DNA of 62,186 bases from Sporomusaceae bacterium UBA1887 (GCA_002337925.1 DDHB01000003.1:1-62186); one strand, 5' to 3'; shown: positions 9,037-18,102, counted from the stretch's first letter. The notes: a model not told the origin generated them from the sequence alone. Program-made: numbers and translations.

Positions 9037-11003
9037 TTGCTTTTTTCCTCCCCTAGCAGCTCGTTAAATATTGGCATATTTGGGTACCTCAGAGCGGCCT
9101 CAGTCAAGAGATCCTGACGCATAGCCTGATAAAGTCTTATTAGTTTTACGTAATATTGCGGTTGCCGAGGTTCGATAGACAATGTGCGCCGGTAACAAAG
9201 ACATGCTTCTTCGGGGCGGTTTTGCTTTGTTAATATTTCCGCCATCTGGTACCAGGCTCCGGCGCTTTCTGCATTTCCTTCCAGCGCTATTTCCGTAAAT
9301 GTAAGTGAAATATCAAACTCCTGGTAATGACTAAAAATCCGGGCAAAATCCAAGGCGTGTTCCTGTTGGCAGTGTTTATCCAGACGGGCGAGCAGACTTT
9401 CCGCCAGCGGTACATTTTTAAGATCCAGTGACCGCAGCACGATGTCTTTGATAAGTGCAATTCCTTCAGTCTGCAGGATTGCTGGAGCATTAGAGATTCG
9501 CTTATAAAGAGAATCCTTCAACATAGTGACTACTGCACCAGTATCGGGCGATAGGCCCATTGATAAGAATTCTTCACAGAGTGCACGTACTTTTGTGCGA
9601 TTATTTTCAAACCAGAAGCATAGTATTTTATTCAGCATTGCCAGAGGGAAATGGGGCTGACCGGGAGGGATTGTATCAAGAATACGAATTGCTTCGATAG
9701 TTCTTTTTTGTTGTATCAGGCATATTGCTTTTAATATAGAAGTATAGTCATCTAAAGAGGACGGTTCGATTTTTTCCAAATACTCATAGGCCATACTATA
9801 GGCACCTTCGGTGAAGTAAATGGTGCCGATCAATCGCTGGGCTTCCGGTGTACAGAAGTCGCAAAGCTTTTCCATCGTTTCCTTGGTATATTCAGGGTTG
9901 CTGCGGGGGTCTAAGATGCGAACAATTGCATATAGGGCAATTGTGAATTCAGCATTATCCTGGATACTAAGCAGGTAAAACCGTAAGGCTTCCTCTTCAT
10001 TACCAAATGCTTCTGCTAAGAGTCCCACCTGATAATAAGCCCGAAAGCCACGGCTGCCGCTAAAGGGTGCATAATAGGCTGGCTGCTCCGGCATAGCCAG
10101 CGCCTGGTGAAACCATTGGTAAGCAGCAGCATAATTTTGTTGTTCGAGTTGAATCAAGCCGCCATAGTAATAGAGATCGGCATAATCGGGAAAAAATTGC
10201 AGACCCAGAGTTATTGCCTCTAGCGCCCAGTCATATTTTTGCGCACTATAGTGAGCCAGAGCGATATAACGCAGTAATTTGGGATAGTATACGGTCTTAG
10301 GATCGGTGTTATTAGCTGCTTTTGTCAGTTCTTCAGCAGCTTCTGTGAAGCGGTCAGCACGGTACAGTTCTATACCATAATGGTAGCGCAGCATATGATT
10401 ATCCGGGTTGCTATCCAATTCTTTCTTTATAATAGTCAGATTGCGGACTTTTTTGTTTTTTTCCAGTATCTGCTGGTTTAAATAACCGTAATGCCGAAGA
10501 ACAATGCCTTCTGCTATTTGAAAGCGGGCTTGGCCGTTTTTTTCGAGGATTACATCGACTATTTGTTCGTGAATCGCTCCCCGAAAGCGATAATCCGGTT
10601 TGTTGCGAAACAGGCGGAATACTAAATCCGGTGAGCTTTCTATGCTGCCCTCGGAGCCAATCAAATTGATAATTTTTATAAAGAAGCCTTCCTCTTCGCC
10701 TGCAATAACTTGGCGGAGGATTTGTCCGCTTTCCGGTTCCAGTGCCTCGTCGGCATCCAAAAACAGAATCCAATCGCCGGAGGCTGCCTCTAGGGAGGCA
10801 TTGCGGGCTGCACTAAAATCATCTTGCCATAAAAAGGGAATGACAACTGCTCCATTGTCTTCAGCAACTTTAATCGTCAAATCGGTTGAACCAGTGTCGA
10901 CTATGATAATTTCGTCTACGAACCCTTTTATGCTAGCTAAACAACGGGTTAAATTTATTTCTTCATTTTTCACAATCATGCACAAACTAATCTTTTTACT
11001 CAC
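9033..11003 (-). CDS. GT2 glycosyltransferase with TPR repeats
   Basis: SLCMIVKNEE, VDTGSTD, DFSAARN, WILFLDADE, IHEQ, HYGY; many TPR-like repeats. Confidence 0.92.
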   Translation of the reverse strand: MSKKISLCMIVKNEEINLTRCLASIKGFVDEIIIVDTGSTDLTIKVAEDNGAVVIPFLWQDDFSAARNASLEAASGDWILFLDADEALEPESGQILRQVIAGEEEGFFIKIINLIGSEGSIESSPDLVFRLFRNKPDYRFRGAIHEQIVDVILEKNGQARFQIAEGIVLRHYGYLNQQILEKNKKVRNLTIIKKELDSNPDNHMLRYHYGIELYRADRFTEAAEELTKAANNTDPKTVYYPKLLRYIALAHYSAQKYDWALEAITLGLQFFPDYADLYYYGGLIQLEQQNYAAAYQWFHQALAMPEQPAYYAPFSGSRGFRAYYQVGLLAEAFGNEEEALRFYLLSIQDNAEFTIALYAIVRILDPRSNPEYTKETMEKLCDFCTPEAQRLIGTIYFTEGAYSMAYEYLEKIEPSSLDDYTSILKAICLIQQKRTIEAIRILDTIPPGQPHFPLAMLNKILCFWFENNRTKVRALCEEFLSMGLSPDTGAVVTMLKDSLYKRISNAPAILQTEGIALIKDIVLRSLDLKNVPLAESLLARLDKHCQQEHALDFARIFSHYQEFDISLTFTEIALEGNAESAGAWYQMAEILTKQNRPEEACLCYRRTLSIEPRQPQYYVKLIRLYQAMRQDLLTEAALRYPNMPIFNELLGEEKSK

Positions 11004-11031
11004 TTTTCATACCCCATATTGTTTTACTATC

Positions 11032-11058
11032 AATATATGCACAGGGTATTTTCGTTGT
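11032..11058 (-). promoter_or_regulatory. Putative sigmaK-type promoter of the GT operon
   Basis: Minus strand AC-N17-CATATATT, matching the B. subtilis sigmaK pattern AC-N16/18-CATANNNT. Confidence 0.45.
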
Positions 11059-11102
11059 TCAAGGAAAATGGCATTGACATAAAAACTTCCTTCCAGACAG
11101 TC

Positions 11103-11129
11103 ACCATAAATAAGCAAAAACATAATCTA
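11103..11129 (+). promoter_or_regulatory. Putative sigmaK-type promoter of the repeat protein
   Basis: AC-N16-CATAATCTA. Confidence 0.55.
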
Positions 11130-11184
11130 TAAAGACGGTAGAAATTCTACTGTATCGTTTGGAGGAAGGGAGACTGTTTGATCT

Positions 11185-12090
11185 ATGCCTAACTTTAAAA
11201 TTATCCAGGACGTAGCAGATCAGGCGCGAGTAAAAATCTTTGGTTCTCAAAATATAGCAATCAATACAGATGGAGCCGGTAATTTAGCAATTACACCCCC
11301 TGTTTCCGGTCTGCTGGTCACTGTTGCTGACACCGGTCTTAGCGTGACTGGGCCTATTAATGGACTGATTGTTACCGCCCCTGCGTCGGGCTTAAGTGTG
11401 ACAGGACCATTGAATGGTTTGATTGTCACCGCTCCCGCGTCGGGCCTGAGTATAACTGGCCCGGCGAACGGACTGATTGTTACCGCCCCTGCATCGGGAT
11501 TAAGCGTAACACCGCCTGTTGACGGCTTTGCCATAACGGCACCTGCTAATGGCTTACTGGTGACTGCCCCTGAATCGGGCTTAAGTGTAACCGGTCCTGC
11601 AAATGGACTGATCGTTACCGCGCCTGCATCGGGCTTGAGTGTAACAGGACCTGCAAACGGTCTGGTTGTAACTGCTCCTGCAGCAGGATTAAGTGTAACA
11701 CCGCCTACTGGTGGCTTGTTGATTACCAGTGCAGGTCTGTCTGTAGTTTCTGCATTGGCTACAACTGATGTAACCGAAGCGAAGACTGGTATTGTGGATA
11801 TAGCCGGCTCACCATCTAATCCATATGTCGTACTTGGTGTAGCCCAGTATTCGTTTGGTTTGGTTAATCAGTCAACATCAGAACCTAATGCTCAGGCTGC
11901 GGCTAAGCTGCAGGTAAGTCCAGATGCGATAAACTGGTTCGATAACAGCTCTGTGGTTACTTTGAGCCCGGGAAGTGCAGATTGTCTAGTAGCATCAGTA
12001 TTCTTAAAATATGCCCGGGTATATTATTCTGCTGTCAATGCAGCTAGTTCAGTTGATCTCACGATATTCTTCCAGGGTCAAACCTCATAA
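11185..12090 (+). CDS. Thr/Ser-rich 9-residue-repeat protein with C-terminal DUF6385-like domain (putative spore-surface protein)
   Basis: 16 xPxxGLx[VI]T-type units; C-terminal YSFG.VN...LQVSPD..NW...FLKYARVYY...IFFQGQ; GGAGG upstream; no signal peptide. Confidence 0.75.
   Translation: MPNFKIIQDVADQARVKIFGSQNIAINTDGAGNLAITPPVSGLLVTVADTGLSVTGPINGLIVTAPASGLSVTGPLNGLIVTAPASGLSITGPANGLIVTAPASGLSVTPPVDGFAITAPANGLLVTAPESGLSVTGPANGLIVTAPASGLSVTGPANGLVVTAPAAGLSVTPPTGGLLITSAGLSVVSALATTDVTEAKTGIVDIAGSPSNPYVVLGVAQYSFGLVNQSTSEPNAQAAAKLQVSPDAINWFDNSSVVTLSPGSADCLVASVFLKYARVYYSAVNAASSVDLTIFFQGQTS
11296..11727 (+). repeat. 27-bp/54-bp degenerate coding tandem repeat (16 units)
   Basis: aa 38-181, mostly alternating APASGLSVT/GPANGLIVT; synonymous positions diverged. 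Confidence 0.95.
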
Positions 12091-12105
12091 TAGAATCTGT
12101 AAGGC

Positions 12106-12138
12106 ATTTTGTCTCCAACCTTTTGTTGGAGACAAAAT
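12106..12138. terminator. Intercistronic hairpin (partial terminator or mRNA stabiliser)
   Basis: ATTTTGTCTCCAAC/GTTGGAGACAAAAT. Confidence 0.6.
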
Positions 12139-12163
12139 ACATAAGTAAGGAGGGAATCGTTGG

Positions 12164-13021
12164 ATGGGGGTGAAGACGGTTAAGCCGCCTATTCGCGCCG
12201 CTACGGCAACCACCAGCAAACAGGGGCGGCAGCTTTGTGACAAGTATACATTGCTTGTTGGCAAGGAAAGGGAAATTTTTCAATCATTACTTGCTTTTGA
12301 TACTGCTTCGCTGCCTTTGATGCAGGCAATCGTCAATGGGACGCTTACACTTTATTTATATGAAAATCTTTTTCCTAATCGGAAGAAAGCGATTGCTGTC
12401 CATAGGATACTTTCTCCGTGGAAGGAAAATAGGGTTCGCTTACAGGACCTTATCATTGATCCTGTTCCTGTTTGCCTGTCAGTTATTCAAGGCAATAATA
12501 AATTTATTGATTTTGACATTACTCCGTTAGTTCAAGAATGGCATAGTGGTACAGCAGCAAACTTAGGAATTCTTTTGAAACCAGCTGACAACAGTTATAG
12601 CAAGCAATCTGGCATTAGCGGATTTTGCAGCAGAAATTGCTGTAATTCCCTTTGCTGGCCAGCTTTACATATATCATTTATTGACTACAGTACTGCTCAG
12701 AATTGCAATCCCACACTTGAGTTCGATTGCAGGGTGAGCACAGGTAGTGTGGTCCAAACAGCGGGTACTTTGAATGTATTGCAATACATGTACACTTACT
12801 TTGTTATTAATACAGGGAAAAGCGGTGCCTTAATCGCACTGCAAATCAGCCCTGACGGGATAAACTGGATTACCGAAGGCGAACTGAACTCCATAAGGCC
12901 AGGAGAAACAAAGCCGCTTATTCCTAATAGCATAGCTAAATATGCCCGTCTAGTTTTCCAGTCTGATGAATCAGGCCAGAGCGCTAGTCTTGCTATATGT
13001 GTGCGAGGTTATTTAGCATAG
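12164..13021 (+). CDS. DNRLRE/CBM96-like domain plus C-terminal DUF6385-like domain protein
   Basis: SLL.FD..LP, L.LYL, HRILSPW.E, FDITPLVQEW..G...N.GILLK; C-terminal YTYFVINTG...LQISPDGINW...AKYARL. Confidence 0.7.
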   Translation: MGVKTVKPPIRAATATTSKQGRQLCDKYTLLVGKEREIFQSLLAFDTASLPLMQAIVNGTLTLYLYENLFPNRKKAIAVHRILSPWKENRVRLQDLIIDPVPVCLSVIQGNNKFIDFDITPLVQEWHSGTAANLGILLKPADNSYSKQSGISGFCSRNCCNSLCWPALHISFIDYSTAQNCNPTLEFDCRVSTGSVVQTAGTLNVLQYMYTYFVINTGKSGALIALQISPDGINWITEGELNSIRPGETKPLIPNSIAKYARLVFQSDESGQSASLAICVRGYLA

Positions 13022-13097
13022 CCTACTGTTCGTACATATCCGATTTTCGTAAAGGAGTTGCTGCATCGGATAAGATGGCAGGACAAGCAGATGTGCG

Positions 13098-13126
13098 TTG
13101 ACGGCAGGAATATGTCCTGCTATAAT
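13098..13126 (+). promoter_or_regulatory. sigmaA promoter with palindromic spacer
   Basis: TTGACG-N17-TATAAT; spacer is GCAGGA-atatg-TCCTGC. Confidence 0.8.
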
Positions 13127-13139
13127 GACATCAATTGGA

Positions 13140-13320
13140 TAAAAGCGGTTGAGGTGCCGCCAACGTTTGTTGGGGGAGAATAGGGAAGTCTGAGCGGGAT
13201 AACAACATCTTGCATAGGCGCGGGCCCACCACTGTACCGGTGAGATCTTGCAATGCCACTCGTAAAAGGGGAAGGTGCAAATCGTCGATGATCCGGGAGC
13301 CAGGAGACCTGCCTTGATAC
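13140..13320 (+). promoter_or_regulatory. Cobalamin riboswitch
   Basis: AGGTG...AGGGAA...CCCaccaCTGTA...GCCACT...GGGAAGG...GAGCCAGGAGACCTGCC B12 box upstream of CobT homologs. Confidence 0.92.
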
Positions 13321-13345
13321 CGTGCTAACATCCTTCATGGAAAAG

Positions 13346-13385
13346 AAGGCTTTTTTGGAGTTGCCAAAGAGGCCTTTTATTTTTT
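13346..13385 (+). terminator. Riboswitch expression-platform terminator
   Basis: AAGGCTTTTTTGG/CCAAAGAGGCCTT followed by a T tract. Confidence 0.65.
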
Positions 13386-13429
13386 CCTAAATTTGCAAAT
13401 TTAGTAATTCAGGATAATGGAGGTCAGTT

Positions 13430-14488
13430 ATGAGTTTATTGCAAGAAACGCTACAGAAAATTGTGCTGCCTGATGCAGTGACGATGGAGAAGGTGCAAAG
13501 CCGTCTGGACAGCCTGATTAAACCGCAAGGCAGCCTTGGACGCTTGGAAAGCATGGTTAAACAATATGCAGGTATTGTCGGACAGGTGCACCCCGAACTG
13601 CCACGTACTTGTATGGTAATTACTTGTGCCGATCATGGCGTTGCCAGACAGGGCATTAGTGCCTATCCGATAGAGACAACACTGGGGATGACTGCGAACT
13701 ATCTTGTTGCCAAAGGGGCCAGTGCCAATGCATTTGCTAATTATTGCGGTGCTGATATGGTGGTTGCAGATATGGGAGTCGCGGGTGACTTATCCCATGT
13801 TCCCGGCCTTTTGCAGCGTAAAATAGCATATGGGACCGAGGATTTTACACAAGGGCCGGCCATGACACGTGAGCAGGCGATACAGGCGATTGAAACAGGA
13901 ATTGAAATTGTTAATGACCGGGTAAAGCTGGGGTACAATAGTTTCAGCTTAGGCGAAATGGGAATCGGCAATACGACTGCCAGCGCCGCTATCGTATCTG
14001 CTTTCACTGGATTCACTCCGGAGCAAGTTACCGGGCGGGGAACAGGAATATCCGATCAACGAATGATCGTAAAAATCAATGCTGTGCGCCGTGGATTAGA
14101 AGTTAATAAGCCAGACAGGCAGGATGGTATTGATGTACTGGCTAAAGTAGGCGGCTTTGAAATTGGCGCATTAGCTGGAGTTGTGCTGGGCGCAGCGGCT
14201 AATAAATGTGCAGTTATTATTGATGGGTTGAATACTACTGCCGCTGCACTGATCGCCAATGCGATTCATCCTATCTGTAAAGATTATATGTTTGCCTCTC
14301 ATTTATCCGGTGAGCCTGCTCATATTCTGGCATTGCGCTTTTTGAATCTTGAGGCGTGTGTGGACATGGGTGTCCGCTTGGGAGAGGCAATTGGGGCCTC
14401 GGTAGTAGTGGATATGCTGACGATTTCAGTCAAAATGGTCAATAATATGAAGACTTTTGAAAATGCAGGGGTCTCCAGACAATTATAG
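13430..14488 (+). CDS. arsA: NaMN:base phosphoribosyltransferase (CobT family), ArsA-like subunit
   Basis: KP.GSLGRLE, ADHGV, SAYP, GEMGIGNTT, GRGTG, RLGE; TANYL..GASANAFAN.CGA resembles Sporomusa ArsA as I recall it. Confidence 0.85.
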   Translation: MSLLQETLQKIVLPDAVTMEKVQSRLDSLIKPQGSLGRLESMVKQYAGIVGQVHPELPRTCMVITCADHGVARQGISAYPIETTLGMTANYLVAKGASANAFANYCGADMVVADMGVAGDLSHVPGLLQRKIAYGTEDFTQGPAMTREQAIQAIETGIEIVNDRVKLGYNSFSLGEMGIGNTTASAAIVSAFTGFTPEQVTGRGTGISDQRMIVKINAVRRGLEVNKPDRQDGIDVLAKVGGFEIGALAGVVLGAAANKCAVIIDGLNTTAAALIANAIHPICKDYMFASHLSGEPAHILALRFLNLEACVDMGVRLGEAIGASVVVDMLTISVKMVNNMKTFENAGVSRQL

Positions 14489-14517
14489 GGTGGGAAATAT
14501 TCGCAGGAGGATAGAAG

Positions 14518-15609
14518 ATGATTGAAGAAAGCATCTCTTTAATACAGCCGTTAGATCGAATAGCCATGGAAAAGTGCCAGCTGAGGCTGGATAACTTAAC
14601 AAAACCTTTAAATAGTTTACATTCTTTTGAACACTTGGCTCTTCAAATGGCAGGCATTACCGGTCTTCCCCGGCCGCAAAATATCAAGAAGAGTATCATT
14701 TTGATGGCGGCTGATCACGGAGTAGCAGTAGAAGGGGTAAGTGCTTATCCGCAGCAGGTAACAGTGCAGATGGTAAAAAATTATATAGACGGTGGGGCTG
14801 CTGTAACAATATTTGCAGAGCATGTTGGCGCCCAGCTTGCGCTAGTTGATATCGGTGTGGCGAATGAGCTGCCGCCTGTACTTGAGCTGCATCATGAAAA
14901 GATCGCCTTGGGGACAGGGAATATTGCCGTTGGCCCGGCGATGACTCTGGAACAGGCACGCAAGGCAATTGAAGTGGGGATCAAGATAGCCCGCCAGGAA
15001 ATTGCGAAAGGTTCGCGCGTTTTAGGACTGGGAGAAATGGGAATCGCCAATACTACTGCCGCCACAGCAATTATCGCCTGCTATAGCAGTTTGCCTGTTG
15101 CTGAGCTATGCGGTCGAGGTACGGGAATTTCCAATGAAATTTTTAACAAAAAAATTCAGGTGATTGAAACCGCTTTAGCCGTTAATCAGCCTGACAGTAA
15201 TGATCCCATTGCAGTTTTGAGCAAAGTTGGCGGGTTGGAAATTGCCGGATTGGTCGGCGTTATCCTGGCCGCTGCTTCAGGCGGGGCCGCAGTTATAGTA
15301 GATGGATTGATTACGACGGCAGCAGCACTTATTGCGGTTAAAATTGCACCAAATGTCAAAGACTATCTCATAGGATCACATATTTCCACTGAGCCTGCTC
15401 ATAAAGTTGCACTGGATATGATTGGAGTTCCTGCCCACCTGCATTTGGATATGCGGCTGGGAGAAGGAACAGGAGCCGCCTTGGGAATGTCGCTGGTTAA
15501 TGCAGCTTTGCATGTCATTAATGACATGAAGACATTTGGCGAGGCCGAAGTTGAGGTAGCGCAAGATGGTCCCGGTGCACTGAAGCAAACAAAGAATGTG
15601 AAAGATTAA
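14518..15609 (+). CDS. arsB: CobT family protein, ArsB-like subunit
   Basis: DNLTKPLNSLHSFEH and C-terminal DMKTFGEAEV.VAQDGPGAL.Q resemble ArsB; tandem with the ArsA-like gene. Confidence 0.8.
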   Translation: MIEESISLIQPLDRIAMEKCQLRLDNLTKPLNSLHSFEHLALQMAGITGLPRPQNIKKSIILMAADHGVAVEGVSAYPQQVTVQMVKNYIDGGAAVTIFAEHVGAQLALVDIGVANELPPVLELHHEKIALGTGNIAVGPAMTLEQARKAIEVGIKIARQEIAKGSRVLGLGEMGIANTTAATAIIACYSSLPVAELCGRGTGISNEIFNKKIQVIETALAVNQPDSNDPIAVLSKVGGLEIAGLVGVILAAASGGAAVIVDGLITTAAALIAVKIAPNVKDYLIGSHISTEPAHKVALDMIGVPAHLHLDMRLGEGTGAALGMSLVNAALHVINDMKTFGEAEVEVAQDGPGALKQTKNVKD

Positions 15610-15763
15610 ATAAAAAATATTACGATTTTAGAAATTAATTTTCACATTAAGCAGGTAGGTTGGAAAAAATACAGAATATTATATTCTGAAATTGCATGTT
15701 CTCTGCGTTTGTGGAGGGACATGCAGTAAAATTGCCAACAAAGACAACAGGAGGGATTTCCAA

Positions 15764-17083
15764 ATGAAACGGTGGCCATTATTTATTATGCTGCTGTCGC
15801 TAACCCTGCTATTTACCGGCTGTGGAGGTAAAAAACAGGAAGCACAGCAGGACGGACAAAAATTTGCTGGCAAAACAATTCGTTTTGTCGCAACTAACCA
15901 TCCTTACCCCGAAGCGATTAAGGCTCTAATTCCTGAATTCGAAAAACAAACCGGCATTAAAGTAAACATGGAAAGCTATTTTGAGGACCAACTGACTCAA
16001 AAACTGACAGTTGAAATGACTTCCGGCTCTTCCACCATCGACGTATTTATGACACGGCCTCTGCAAGAAGGCCGGTTGTTCTCCAAAAATAAATGGTATG
16101 AGCCATTGAATCCGTACCTCAGTGATGCAAACAAAACGCCTGCAGCCTGGGATTGGGCAGATTTCCAAAAATCTGCTGTTGAAGCAACAACCTTAAATGG
16201 TACTACATATGCAGTGCCAATTGTAAGTGAATGGCAGATGCTGTTTTACCGCAAAGACTTGTTTGAACAGGCAGGCTTAAAGCCACCTACCACTTTAGAA
16301 GAGTTAGAAGCAGCAGCCAAAAAACTGCATAACCCGGAAAAAGATATCTATGGTATCGTTTCACGAGGCCAGCGCGGTGCTGCTGTAACACAGTTCTCCA
16401 GCTACCTGTTTGAATTTGGTGGAGACTTCCTGAAAGATGGAAAATCGGTTATTGATACACCTGAAGCTGTAAAAGCTATTCAATTTTACGGCAGAATTTT
16501 AAAAGAGTACGGACCTCCCGGCGTAACCAATATGAGCTGGCCGCAAGCACAAGCTTTGATGGCGAGCGGTAAGGTTGCTATGTGGACTGACGCGAGTACT
16601 TTATTACCCGGACTTCTTGATCCGCAAAAATCCAAAATAGCTGATAAAGTCGGACTGGCACCATTTCCTGCCGGACCCTCTGGCTTTAAGCCCTTTAACG
16701 TAGTTCCATGGGCCGTATCTGTATCGGCGCAATCCAAGAATAAAGATGCTGCCTGGGAATTTGTAAAATGGCTGTCCAGCAAAGAAACAATGAAAAAAGC
16801 TCAATTGGCAGGCAACACAACTGCACGTAATTCCATCTGGAGTGATTCTGAAATCACAGCTAAGCTGCAGCCTGGTCTTGCTGATATTGCCAAGAAAACA
16901 GCTGCAACGGCAACTCCTTATGATCGTCCGCTCATGACAGCTGTTGTTGAAGCACGCGATGCTATTGGAGACGTAATTGTAAAATCAATTGAATCCGGCG
17001 GTACTGCCGATATCCAAAGCCTGGCTACTGAAGCAAATGCGAAAGTAAACGAATTGCTGCAGAAGTCCGGTGAAGGTAAATAG
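15764..17083 (+). CDS. Sugar ABC transporter substrate-binding lipoprotein
   Basis: Start at MKRWP behind AGGAGG; lipobox LFTGC; FYRKDLF, P.T.EEL and AAWEFVKWL motifs. Confidence 0.9.
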   Translation: MKRWPLFIMLLSLTLLFTGCGGKKQEAQQDGQKFAGKTIRFVATNHPYPEAIKALIPEFEKQTGIKVNMESYFEDQLTQKLTVEMTSGSSTIDVFMTRPLQEGRLFSKNKWYEPLNPYLSDANKTPAAWDWADFQKSAVEATTLNGTTYAVPIVSEWQMLFYRKDLFEQAGLKPPTTLEELEAAAKKLHNPEKDIYGIVSRGQRGAAVTQFSSYLFEFGGDFLKDGKSVIDTPEAVKAIQFYGRILKEYGPPGVTNMSWPQAQALMASGKVAMWTDASTLLPGLLDPQKSKIADKVGLAPFPAGPSGFKPFNVVPWAVSVSAQSKNKDAAWEFVKWLSSKETMKKAQLAGNTTARNSIWSDSEITAKLQPGLADIAKKTAATATPYDRPLMTAVVEARDAIGDVIVKSIESGGTADIQSLATEANAKVNELLQKSGEGK

Positions 17084-17102
17084 TTTTTTTGAAGAGAATA
17101 GG

Positions 17103-17133
17103 GATGGTGCGGCTTCTTGCTAGCCGCACCATC
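17103..17133 (+). other. Intercistronic stem-loop after the binding-protein gene
   Basis: GATGGTGCGGCT/AGCCGCACCATC with a weak U tail. Confidence 0.6.
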
Positions 17134-17200
17134 TTAATCACTAGTACTTAAGCAGGACTGCAAATTTTAGGACAAGTGTGCTTGTAGGAGGAAGTTAAGC

Positions 17201-18073
17201 GTGAATCATTATATAGAGCGCAATATACATTGGATTTTCCCGCTACCGGCTGTTGTCTTTGTTGTATCAATGATGGGATTTCCTGTATTGTACACGCTTT
17301 GGGTAAGCTTGACCGATTGGTCTATGGCCTCTGGCGGAGAAGCGAATTTTGTTGGGTTAAGCAACTATATAGCTTTGTTCAAAGATGAGCGTTTTTATAA
17401 TTCGGTATGGTTAACTGGCTATTTTACTATTTTAGCGGTTGGTGTTGAAACTGTCCTGGGAGTTGCAATTGCGTTAATACTTAACCGGGACTTTAAAGGT
17501 CAAAATATTGCTAAGACAATTCTATTGCTGCCGATGGTAGCAACACCTGTTGCGATCGGCTTGGCCTGGACGTTATTTTATGAACCGACAATCGGGTTAG
17601 GTAATTATGCTCTTAAGCTGTTAGGCTTACCTGCATCCAGCTGGCTTGCTTCAAAAGATAGCGTAATTCCGGCACTGGCAATTGTTGATATATGGGAATG
17701 GACCCCGATGGTAACATTGATTGTTCTTGCCGGCTTGGCTGCCTTGCCGACAGATCCCTTTGAAGCTGCAGAAGTAGATGGAGCTACCCGATGGCAGGTA
17801 CTCCGTTATGTGACACTGCCGCTGTTGCTGCCAACAATCCTGATTGCTGTTATTTTGCGTAGTATTGATGCCTTTAAAACTTTTGACATTATTTATACTA
17901 TGACGGCTGGCGGACCAGGCTTTGCCTCTGAGACGCTAAATATTTACGGATATAACCTGGCCTTCGGCTATTTCCGCTTTGGTGCTGCATCTTCAGTTCT
18001 TGTGGCCCTTTTGGCTCTGGTTCTCGGTTTCAACTTGCTGGTACTATGGACGCGGAAGAAGACAGAACAGTAA
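17201..18073 (+). CDS. Carbohydrate ABC transporter permease (MalF-like)
   Basis: EAAEVDGA (EAA motif); TM helices. Confidence 0.92.
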   Translation: MNHYIERNIHWIFPLPAVVFVVSMMGFPVLYTLWVSLTDWSMASGGEANFVGLSNYIALFKDERFYNSVWLTGYFTILAVGVETVLGVAIALILNRDFKGQNIAKTILLLPMVATPVAIGLAWTLFYEPTIGLGNYALKLLGLPASSWLASKDSVIPALAIVDIWEWTPMVTLIVLAGLAALPTDPFEAAEVDGATRWQVLRYVTLPLLLPTILIAVILRSIDAFKTFDIIYTMTAGGPGFASETLNIYGYNLAFGYFRFGAASSVLVALLALVLGFNLLVLWTRKKTEQ

Positions 18074-18102
18074 TTTTATCGGATTAGCTGAGGTGGTGTA
18101 AG

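Noticed and set aside
11296..11727. Repeat region as a CRISPR array or collagen-like protein
   Set aside because: Repeats are degenerate, in frame and have no spacers; the period is 9 aa, not GXY.
13120..13338. Short minus-strand ORFs
   Set aside because: They are antisense to the cobalamin riboswitch and have no coding features.
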